64,000 nucleotides of DNA. Source: a candidate division FCPU426 bacterium. GTDB taxonomy: Bacteria > Oederibacteriota > PGYV01 > Palsa-1178. Numbering within the stretch: position 1 is the first letter of the stretch; every line of letters starts with the position of its first letter. The notes beneath the pieces are model-generated. The model had not been told where the DNA came from and ran no database searches. It saw only the letters and a program-made list of their open reading frames with translations. The position numbers and the translations under genes are program-made. Location of the stretch: assembly GCA_963840035.1 (NCBI GenBank), contig CAWIXE010000002.1, positions 1,184,001 to 1,248,000 of the forward strand, in the 5' to 3' direction. Below are positions 30,935 to 38,728 of this stretch, one piece after another.

Positions 30935-30963
30935 AGTATATTTTACAATTATAAACGTGTCAA
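30935..30963 (-). promoter_or_regulatory. Sigma70-type promoter for gene C
   Basis: TTGACA (30958-30963), 17 nt spacer, TATACT (30935-30940). Confidence 0.65.
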
Positions 30964-31023
30964 TTGGTATAAACCGAATGGTTTCTCAATGCGGAACAAA
31001 AAATTGAAAGGGTTCAATGAAGG

Positions 31024-31149
31024 CGAATTTTCGATTTTCAATTTTAAATTTTCAATTAAAGTCAAAATGCCGTACTTATAAACCAAAAACGCCCGCATCC
31101 GGGCGTTTTTGGTTTATATAATTGAAAATCGAAAATTCAAAATTGGAAA
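31024..31149. repeat. Heptamer-based intergenic inverted repeat enclosing a terminator
   Basis: Left arm CGAATTTTCGATTTTCAATTTTAAATTTTCAAT; right arm ATTGAAAATCGAAAATTCAAAATTGGAAA. Confidence 0.7.
31081..31114 (-). terminator. Intrinsic terminator after B2
   Basis: AACCAAAAACGCCCG-catc-CGGGCGTTTTTGGTT. Confidence 0.75.
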
Positions 31150-33879
31150 TTATTTCTTACTCACTATCGCCATCTTCAGGGTCTTCATTTCTATGACGCC
31201 CTTTTCATTTTTGGATTCAAATAACACGACATATTTGCCGTCTGCCGCCTTTTCACCGCTTACGGTCTTTAAGTCCCAGCGGACAAATGTCTCTGAGAGC
31301 CTGCACTTGAACTCCTTGACTTTTTCGCCTGCCATGTTATATATCGCTATTTTTATTTCACCGGGGGATGCCGTTATCCAGCTGAAAGTTATCACCTTGT
31401 TAACGGATTTGCCCTTGAAATACGGGTTTGGCGATATCATGATGCTGTTGAGGAATTTGTCCTTTACATGCAGCACGGTAACGGCTTTTGACTCCACCTT
31501 AGTCCTGCCCTGGTTATTCACAAGGTTAACCTGTATCTCGTATACGCCGTTATCCACCGCGATCCCCTGCTCGTTATTCCCGTCCCACTTGACATAATCT
31601 GTGAGGTTGTTTCCATATGTAATGGTTACATCGGTGTACACCTTGTCAAAACCATAGTAAGTCGGAACTTTTAGCGAGATATTTGACGGCGAGAGCGTCT
31701 TATACTCTTTCATCAGCTTTACCAGTTCGCCCGCGCTGTTATAAATGTCTATCTCAACATATTCCCTGACGTCAATGGTGGTTATGGTCTTTATCAGCAC
31801 GTTAGTATGCGCATATTTGTCCACCTGCTCGAACTTGATGTAATACAGTCCGTTCCCCGTGGGCTGGTTGGCGTCGGTTATGGAATCCCATGTGAAAGTG
31901 GTGCCGCCGACGCCCTGTCCTATGTTCTCAGGCGTCAGTACGCCGGGCAGGTATATGCTCAGAGGATTATCGCTTGATATCATATTTACGTTATTTACGC
32001 CGCCGGAGCTGAATAATATATCCCCGATGGGCATGTTAGTGGCGGTTAACCCAATTTCCCTGACGAGTTCGCCTGCCTCGTTGTATACCCCGATCTTTAT
32101 TATATATGGAAACGGCGGCGGAGTGGGCGTGACCGTGGGCGAATCAGTGACTGTAAACGTCGGGGTGGCAGTGGGCGTGTGCGTGAATGTAACGGTATAT
32201 GTAGGGCTGTCCGTCATGGTGTACGTCGGAGTATATGTGGGGGTCGCCGTGTATGTCGATGTGGGCGATGACGTGGCTGTGAAAGTCGGGGTTCCCGTGC
32301 TCGTCGGCGTCGCGGTATATGAGCTTGTCGGCGACATAGTGCTTGTATAAGAAGGCGTCGCGGTAAATGAAGGCGTGGCAGTATACGTAAATGAAGGCGT
32401 TTGCGTTCCGGTATATGTCGAGGTTGCCGTAAATGAAGGCGTGGCAGTATAAGTAAATGAAGGGGTTTGTGTGGCAGTATATGTCGACGTTGACGTAAAT
32501 GTAGGCGTGGGTGTGTATGTAAATGAAGGCGTCGGGGTGGCGGTATATGTCGAAGTGGGCGTAAATGTCGGTGTGTCCGTCGGCGTAAATGTCGGCGAGA
32601 AGACCATGGTCAGCGTGAATGTCGGGGTCGCGGTGTAAGTACTGGTCATGGTAGGGGTATCAGTCTTGGTGGATGTCATGGTATAAGTGCTTGTCGCGGT
32701 AAATGACGGCGTGGCTGTCGGCGTATAAGTGGCTGACGTAGTATCTGTCTTTGTGGATGTGGCCGTATATGTGGGTGTGGCGGTATAAGTATTTGTGGGC
32801 GACGTTGTATCCGTCCTTGTCGCTGTCGCGGTATATGTAGGCGTCGGCGTGGACGTGTTTGTGGATGTGGACGTGTAAGTCCTTGTGGAAGTGGCTGTAT
32901 AAGTCGGAGTCGGCGTGGACGTGTCTGTGGAAGTGGCGGTATATGTCCTTGTGGAAGTGGCGGTATATGTCGGCGTAGGCGTGGACGTGTCTGTGGATGT
33001 CGGGGTATTAGTCCTTGTGGCAGTCATCGTGTAGGTTGAGGTCGGCGTGTAGGTGTTTGTGGAAGTGGGAGTATTTGTAAAAGTCGGCGTGCTCGTCCTT
33101 GTGTAAGTATATGTGGACGTAGGCGTTATAGTCCTGGTGGCCGTATATGTCGGGGTAAATGTCGGGGTGGAAAGCTGAATTTCCACGAACGCGCAGCTCG
33201 TATTCCCTGTTTTATCTATCGCGCAGTTCATTATGCCGACCGTTGTCGGCGTAACTGTGGCCGAAGGAATAGAACATGGAATCGTGCCATAAACCGCGTC
33301 ATTTACTGCTCCCGCCTCAAAAATCACCCAATTAGGATCCGCATGAAGCGTAGTAGAACCCGGCTTCGAATAATCATCGCAGGCAGAATCAAATGGGGCT
33401 GCGTACCCATCCCTATATATCTGTATATTCGGGTTACTTGAGCCGTCTGCTTTGCCATAATAACCGCCGGGGGGAATTGTGGCCGCGCCGCTTGAAAAAG
33501 TCATGTCTATGACATAATTTGCGTCTGGGCACGTGCCTGCCATATAAGCGGTCGGACCAGAGTACGATACAGTTCCATAATAACCCAGATCTACTCCGGC
33601 CGAATTATATATGTTTGTGCCATAAAAACCCTGAACCGTCATCACTTGTGCCGCTGCCATTTTCAGGTAGATACGCACATGCAAATCAGATAAAGTCACA
33701 GGCACAACGTCATTATTGATAATCCTATAACCCGCGTCAAAGGTATTGCCTGTACACGGGTCAGTACCCCTGTTTCTTACTTCCAGGGACAGGTTATGCG
33801 CAAAAATGACGGAATAAAGGAATACGGCAAGAACAACAAAGACAACTCTTTTTGCCATCCCTCTCTTCTTAATATCCAT
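31150..33879 (-). CDS. Secreted stalk protein B2: signal peptide, CBM3-like domain, Cys-bracketed Asn hairpin, long Thr/Pro stalk, FlgD-Ig/sorting-like C-terminus
   Basis: AGGAG RBS; signal ending SVIFA; LSDLHVRIY, ANYVIDMTFSSGAATIPPG, DDYS, VYGTIP; SPNPYF. Confidence 0.8.
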   Translation of the reverse strand: MDIKKRGMAKRVVFVVLAVFLYSVIFAHNLSLEVRNRGTDPCTGNTFDAGYRIINNDVVPVTLSDLHVRIYLKMAAAQVMTVQGFYGTNIYNSAGVDLGYYGTVSYSGPTAYMAGTCPDANYVIDMTFSSGAATIPPGGYYGKADGSSNPNIQIYRDGYAAPFDSACDDYSKPGSTTLHADPNWVIFEAGAVNDAVYGTIPCSIPSATVTPTTVGIMNCAIDKTGNTSCAFVEIQLSTPTFTPTYTATRTITPTSTYTYTRTSTPTFTNTPTSTNTYTPTSTYTMTATRTNTPTSTDTSTPTPTYTATSTRTYTATSTDTSTPTPTYTATSTRTYTSTSTNTSTPTPTYTATATRTDTTSPTNTYTATPTYTATSTKTDTTSATYTPTATPSFTATSTYTMTSTKTDTPTMTSTYTATPTFTLTMVFSPTFTPTDTPTFTPTSTYTATPTPSFTYTPTPTFTSTSTYTATQTPSFTYTATPSFTATSTYTGTQTPSFTYTATPSFTATPSYTSTMSPTSSYTATPTSTGTPTFTATSSPTSTYTATPTYTPTYTMTDSPTYTVTFTHTPTATPTFTVTDSPTVTPTPPPFPYIIKIGVYNEAGELVREIGLTATNMPIGDILFSSGGVNNVNMISSDNPLSIYLPGVLTPENIGQGVGGTTFTWDSITDANQPTGNGLYYIKFEQVDKYAHTNVLIKTITTIDVREYVEIDIYNSAGELVKLMKEYKTLSPSNISLKVPTYYGFDKVYTDVTITYGNNLTDYVKWDGNNEQGIAVDNGVYEIQVNLVNNQGRTKVESKAVTVLHVKDKFLNSIMISPNPYFKGKSVNKVITFSWITASPGEIKIAIYNMAGEKVKEFKCRLSETFVRWDLKTVSGEKAADGKYVVLFESKNEKGVIEMKTLKMAIVSKK
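32350..33000. repeat. 66-nt (22-aa) period tandem duplications inside the Thr/Pro stalk of B2
   Basis: GGCGTGGACGTGT recurs at 32846, 32912 and 32978; GTAAATGAAGGCGTGGCAGTAT recurs at 32363 and 32429. Confidence 0.75.
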
Positions 33880-33936
33880 TTTCGCATCTCCTAATGATAC
33901 ATTACAATTTATATTTCACCGCGTATACCGTGCCTC

Positions 33937-36243
33937 TTACGGATATGTTACCCTGCCCCACCACGTGAATATGCCGGAAGCTCCCGGCGCCAGCAATGGT
34001 ATGGTTAATTTCACCGGATTGCCGAATGTACAGCTTCCCGCAGGCGCGAGGCATCCAAGCGCGTTCATGTACGGCGGCCATGTGTCGGTTATTGTGTAAT
34101 TAGTGATATTGGCCAGACCATTATTTTTGTAAGCAATATACCATGTAACCGTGTCCCCCGACACAACCAGCGGAACATTTGCCGTCTTTGTTATGCTGGA
34201 TATTTCCGGGCATACCGGATATATCACCACTTCATTTGACCTGACGCCCGCAGCTGTCGCCGAAATAAGGTCACCCGTGTTGGTTATCGGGTCGCAGGTC
34301 GTTACCCTTGCCCACCATGTAAACGATCCGCTTTCATTTGTAATAGGGGCCAGGTCAGCAAGGTTCCAGTCCAATACAGGCGGCCCGCCAACAAGCGTGT
34401 GCGGCCCGCTCTGCCCGAGGTAAGTCAGCGGAAGCGGCACTGTATCATAAAGATGCACTGACGCGGACGTGCGCGGCGCCGTTATGATGAAATTATTGTA
34501 TATGTCCTCTGTTACGCCTTTTGCCCCGCCCTGCTCGCCAAAACCGGAATAAAACGGCCCTGATGGGTCCGTGCACGGAATGCATGTCGCGGCGGTATAT
34601 GTTTTCTGCCAGCCCGGTTCAGCGTCGCCTTTGGGCCACACTTTATACCTGAATGTGCAGTCAGATGTCGCTTCGATCTTTGCCACATACCATTTATTCG
34701 CCACTATGTCAAATGGCGGGTCAAAAACAGAAGTAGCTGCCCATGTACAGCCCGGCACGCATTCCTGTATGGACATGTTACCGCCTGCTACTCCGCCGGG
34801 ATTTTCGTCAATTGATATAACAAGGCCATATGCCCTGCCGTCTCCGGGCGCGGTCTTCCCGTTATCCCTTATGATGACAAGCGCGTCAGAGCCCTCGTAT
34901 CCCTGCGATGACGCCTCATTGCCCGGGTTTATCATGACATCTGTCGTGATGGTGCCGAGGCAGAAATTATAGCCGCTGTATAAAAGCCCCGGATAATTCG
35001 TGGAACCCATAGTTCCCCTTATGGCCCTGTCGCCTGTGCCGCACTGGTCCTCTATGGTCCATGTCCCTGTCTTTCCGCCTTCGGACCTGAACTGCCATCC
35101 TGTCGGGGGCGTGGGGTCTGTGTATGAAGTTTTCGGGAAGTTATCAAATGGCTGGAACGCTTTCAGCACGTCTCCGTTTATGGAGTAATCAAGGTAATAC
35201 GTGACATCAGTTCCCACCGGCACATTTATCTGCTCAGCGGATTTTTTAAGCGTCATGACAGACGATCCGATCTTCACGTTTGTCGAAGCCGGCTTTGTAG
35301 TCGCCCCCATCTTTCCCTGCGCGGTATTATTTATCACAACGCCGTCGCCCGGGTCGGTGTTTAAGCTGTAAAGCATCCATACAGAGCCGCTTGCAGGCGT
35401 TGGGTCGCCTGACCTGTCCTTAAATGTCCATGTAAAAGCATTTGCCAGCGGACCCACTGTCCCGATTACGGGGCCGGTCGCCGTCACATAAGGCGCGTCC
35501 GTAGTAGGCCCGTATGCAACGAGCTTCAAGTATGGGGGCATGGAGTCGGTCAACTGAAGTATGCCCTTCTGGTATGTGAAATCTATGGCAAAAACAACAA
35601 GGTCGCCCACGTCCTGCAGGACGCCTTCAGCCCTTTTGCGTATGGAAAAACCAGGCTGCAAAGGGGGCATGGCCCAGGTAAGCGATTCGGAAGTGCAAGC
35701 GTCCCTTGTGGCCCATTCGCTTTCATTTAAGTTCGCGTCTTTCATGCCGACGTGAAGGTATAGATTGGCTATGGTGCATCCCGGGAAATTTTCAGCATCA
35801 GGGACACGAACCGTGTATTCCCTGTAATATAGATTTCCGCTGCCGGACGGGCATACAGTGCACTGCCCGAGGTCAGCGTTTAACTTGACATTTGCCAGGC
35901 AACCTATCTCGCCGCCGGGCGATGAGGAAGGCTGTGATGTCGGAGGCATTGGCGCGCAGTTCCCGGTTTTAGTTCCGTATACCACAAATACCTGTCCAAT
36001 CCCGGTCAATGCGGCAGACTGAAGGCCCGCGTTTGAACTTACCGCTATATCCATCATAGCATCATTATATCCCTGGGCGCAGTATGTAACTTTAACAACA
36101 AACGAGTCGCCAAAACCCGGGTTAGGAGGTACCATACTTACGCTTACAACACGCGGGTCTGCAAACGCGAAAGACGCAAAAATGAATAATATGGAAAATA
36201 TGGAAAAGAATAATTTGTTTTTATTTAGGAAGGTCCCGCTCAT
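33937..36243 (-). CDS. Secreted Cys-rich protein A2, paralog of A1, ending in a truncated DUF11-like domain
   Basis: Signal ending SFAFA; GGAGG RBS; same domain order as A1; ends ...FTWWGRVTYP*. Confidence 0.75.
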   Translation of the reverse strand: MSGTFLNKNKLFFSIFSILFIFASFAFADPRVVSVSMVPPNPGFGDSFVVKVTYCAQGYNDAMMDIAVSSNAGLQSAALTGIGQVFVVYGTKTGNCAPMPPTSQPSSSPGGEIGCLANVKLNADLGQCTVCPSGSGNLYYREYTVRVPDAENFPGCTIANLYLHVGMKDANLNESEWATRDACTSESLTWAMPPLQPGFSIRKRAEGVLQDVGDLVVFAIDFTYQKGILQLTDSMPPYLKLVAYGPTTDAPYVTATGPVIGTVGPLANAFTWTFKDRSGDPTPASGSVWMLYSLNTDPGDGVVINNTAQGKMGATTKPASTNVKIGSSVMTLKKSAEQINVPVGTDVTYYLDYSINGDVLKAFQPFDNFPKTSYTDPTPPTGWQFRSEGGKTGTWTIEDQCGTGDRAIRGTMGSTNYPGLLYSGYNFCLGTITTDVMINPGNEASSQGYEGSDALVIIRDNGKTAPGDGRAYGLVISIDENPGGVAGGNMSIQECVPGCTWAATSVFDPPFDIVANKWYVAKIEATSDCTFRYKVWPKGDAEPGWQKTYTAATCIPCTDPSGPFYSGFGEQGGAKGVTEDIYNNFIITAPRTSASVHLYDTVPLPLTYLGQSGPHTLVGGPPVLDWNLADLAPITNESGSFTWWARVTTCDPITNTGDLISATAAGVRSNEVVIYPVCPEISSITKTANVPLVVSGDTVTWYIAYKNNGLANITNYTITDTWPPYMNALGCLAPAGSCTFGNPVKLTIPLLAPGASGIFTWWGRVTYP

Positions 36244-36318
36244 AACTTCCTCCAGGCTTTATTTTTTATATACTTTCGACAATTCTTTCGCATTAAAGTT
36301 CCTGTCTATTTGAACATA

Positions 36319-36348
36319 ATTTTACCATACAGAACACCCTTATGTCAA
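36319..36348 (-). promoter_or_regulatory. Sigma70-type promoter for the A2-B2 pair
   Basis: TTGACA (36343-36348), 18 nt spacer, extended -10 TGGTAAAAT. Confidence 0.55.
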
Positions 36349-36475
36349 AGCAAAGAATAACCCCAGTTTTAACGAATAAACCCTGGTTTTCACCTGAAAA
36401 TAAGCGAAATTCAACTGGATTTGAAAATGTGTATAATTACCTAAATCACCAGGTTGTTTTATACAGCAAAATACC

Positions 36476-36552
36476 GCAGCGGGCGGATTATATCAGCCCG
36501 CGCACTTTCCGGTTCAAGCCCCGTTGTCGGCAGGATATAATCCCGCCGCTAC
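36476..36552. repeat. REP-like inverted doublet (GTAG-type)
   Basis: GCAGCGGGCGGATTATATCAGCCCG (36476-36500) and the reverse complement of GTAGCGGCGGGATTATATCCTGCCGAC (36526-36552). Confidence 0.5.
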
Positions 36553-36842
36553 AAAATCAAAAACACTCTACATCCTTATAAACAAAAAGGCGGGCTTTGC
36601 AGCCCGTATTTTATCCTGCTGAAACTTATTATCCCACTATCGTAAGAGGCATAAATAAAGTCGTCTGGGACGGAAAAAATGGCGCTGGCAGGAAGTGTCA
36701 AACGGCGTTATGGAATACGGTTATTAGCGCAGAAGCGACTGTATTGCCCCTTTTTAACGCTGCATAAGGCATATGGGACATACAAGGATGCCGAAGAATT
36801 ATTGTATCATTCCGATTCTATCATAGACATAACCGGTAAAAA

Positions 36843-36866
36843 ATACAAAAGCGGGCTTTCGCCCGC
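36843..36866 (-). terminator. Intrinsic terminator after 36905..38608
   Basis: Minus strand GCGGGC-GAAA-GCCCGC followed by TTTTGTATTTT. Confidence 0.7.
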
Positions 36867-36904
36867 CTTTGCTTCATATAAAATGAAAAATTCAGAATAT
36901 AAAA

Positions 36905-38608
36905 TTATTTTCTCACAGCTATCTTCCTTGTCAGCGTGTATTTTCCCGCGTTTCCCGATATGTTTACCTTCAATATATATACGCCCGCCGGCACCATCAT
37001 TCCCCTGTCTGTTGTGCCGTCCCATATATACTGATTGTAACCCGGCCTGCCTCCGGCTTCTGATGAACTTATATTTTTTGTCCACACTTTCGAGCCTGAA
37101 ACGGTATATAGCGCGAACTCAATGTCCGAAGCCGATTCCAGGTAATAATCTATGCGGGTGCTTTCCTTGCCCGCGATGAACGGGTTCGGGAAGTTTCCTA
37201 TTTTTTTCTTATCAAGTATCCTCGCCACTTCAGCGGTAAAAGTCACGGTCTTTGCCAGCCCTTCAAGGATAACTGTCGCGCATATGTTTGTAACCGTAAA
37301 ATCAGCGGACGCAAAATTCGCCGTAGAAACGCCGGCGTAAGAAGTGGCCACCTGCTTAAATTTCGTTCCGGGCGTGTCCAGGTAGCCTGTGCCGTAAACC
37401 ACATAATTAACCGCTGTATTTGATACCGGGTTGCCGTATGTATCAAATAACGCCACTGATAACTCCGCCTTTTCATCGCGGAAGAGCTTGGTTTTTGATA
37501 TAGACGCGGTATATGTGACAGGTTCCGCCGAAAACACCTGTATGTTATATGAGTACCTGCTGGGCAGGTCCTTATTTAACGCCTCATGGTCGCCGTCGGA
37601 AGCCGCCAGGTTTATCATCCCGCGCTTGTCGCATCTGACCGTGAATGACGCGACGCCGTCTGCCGTGTCATGGTCGGCCGTGCGCGTAAGGGGCTGGCTT
37701 AATTCAAGCCCTGTTGCCGAATCAATCCCCTTAATGCTCACATAATCCTCAAGCCCGATTATCGGCTCGCCGTTCCTGGGCTGTTCGTGCGACACTGTTA
37801 CTGTCGCTGTAAAATCCTGGCCGGCAGTAACTTCAGCCGGCGCGTCGGCCCATATGTAATAATCGTTATTGCTGTTAAAAAGTATGTACGGCGAAGTCCT
37901 GAACACGGCGTTATTATGAGTCTCCCAGAGCGTGATGGGATAGCTGCCCGTCAAATTCGTGCTGGGGTTAAATGAAAGTTCAAAAACAGCGCTCGCGCTT
38001 GCTGCCGCGGAGAGCGTAACAGAACCGGGGGACACAATCAGAGTATCACCTGGATTGCACGAAAATTCTATCTCCGGAAGCGATGACGTATCTTCCACCT
38101 GATTATAATAAGTATCGCACGCGTAAGCAGTCACGCTGAAAGGCACCGCAATTACCTGCGCCGCAGGGGTTCCTGTATAACCTACGCCGGTGGTGCCCGG
38201 GGCGTATGTCATGCCTTTTGCGATAAATAATAATTTCGTATAAGGTCCCGCTGTTATTTTTCTTTCGGCTATTCCGGTGGCTGAAGTATAAGTAATATCA
38301 GTGGCCGTAAGCGTTACAGGGTCAGCAGCCCCAAGAAGCAGCACATTACCGCTCCAAACACCATTTACAAAACTTATAGTGCCCGGTACGACCCTGCCCA
38401 CGCTGGCCGTTAATGAAACGCTTCCTGAGTATCCGAATATTGGTATATCCGCGGAGTTGCAGGCGTATACTTCAAGCGGTATCACAGCCCCCGCCGCTTC
38501 CCCTGCCGCATTTCCGCCCAAATTAAGGTTAAGATGGTCCGGACCGGGAGCCGCAAACGCGGTTAACGCGGAAACCAGCATCAATATAAGTATGTATGTT
38601 TTTTTCAT
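36905..38608 (-). CDS. Secreted Ig-like (Big-1/invasin-type) repeat protein with C-terminal FlgD-Ig/sorting-like domain
   Basis: Signal MKKTYILILMLVSALTAFA; DTYGNPVSN; NFPNPF...WDG...AGVYIL...RKIAVRK. Confidence 0.75.
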   Translation of the reverse strand: MKKTYILILMLVSALTAFAAPGPDHLNLNLGGNAAGEAAGAVIPLEVYACNSADIPIFGYSGSVSLTASVGRVVPGTISFVNGVWSGNVLLLGAADPVTLTATDITYTSATGIAERKITAGPYTKLLFIAKGMTYAPGTTGVGYTGTPAAQVIAVPFSVTAYACDTYYNQVEDTSSLPEIEFSCNPGDTLIVSPGSVTLSAAASASAVFELSFNPSTNLTGSYPITLWETHNNAVFRTSPYILFNSNNDYYIWADAPAEVTAGQDFTATVTVSHEQPRNGEPIIGLEDYVSIKGIDSATGLELSQPLTRTADHDTADGVASFTVRCDKRGMINLAASDGDHEALNKDLPSRYSYNIQVFSAEPVTYTASISKTKLFRDEKAELSVALFDTYGNPVSNTAVNYVVYGTGYLDTPGTKFKQVATSYAGVSTANFASADFTVTNICATVILEGLAKTVTFTAEVARILDKKKIGNFPNPFIAGKESTRIDYYLESASDIEFALYTVSGSKVWTKNISSSEAGGRPGYNQYIWDGTTDRGMMVPAGVYILKVNISGNAGKYTLTRKIAVRK

Positions 38609-38622
38609 ATAACACCCCGTGA

Positions 38623-38725
38623 TGAATTTTCAATTCTAAATTTCAATTTTCAATTAGAATCTAATACAGTACAAAAACTTCTTTATGCTTTAATTGAAAA
38701 TTTAAAATAGAAAATTGAAAATTCG
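38623..38725. repeat. Heptamer-based intergenic inverted repeat
   Basis: GAATTTTCAATTCTAAATTTCAATTTTCAATTA ... TAATTGAAAATTTAAAATAGAAAATTGAAAATTCG. Confidence 0.7.
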
Positions 38726-38728
38726 TAT

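Noticed and set aside
32350..33000. Repeats with 66-nt period resembling CRISPR repeat-spacer spacing
   Set aside because: They are in-frame coding duplications with no unique spacers, and there are no cas genes.
36342..37179. Plus-strand ORFs 36342..36581 and 36679..37179, and minus-strand 36807..37085
   Set aside because: They overlap a promoter, REP elements, a terminator or the real gene, and show no recognisable motifs.
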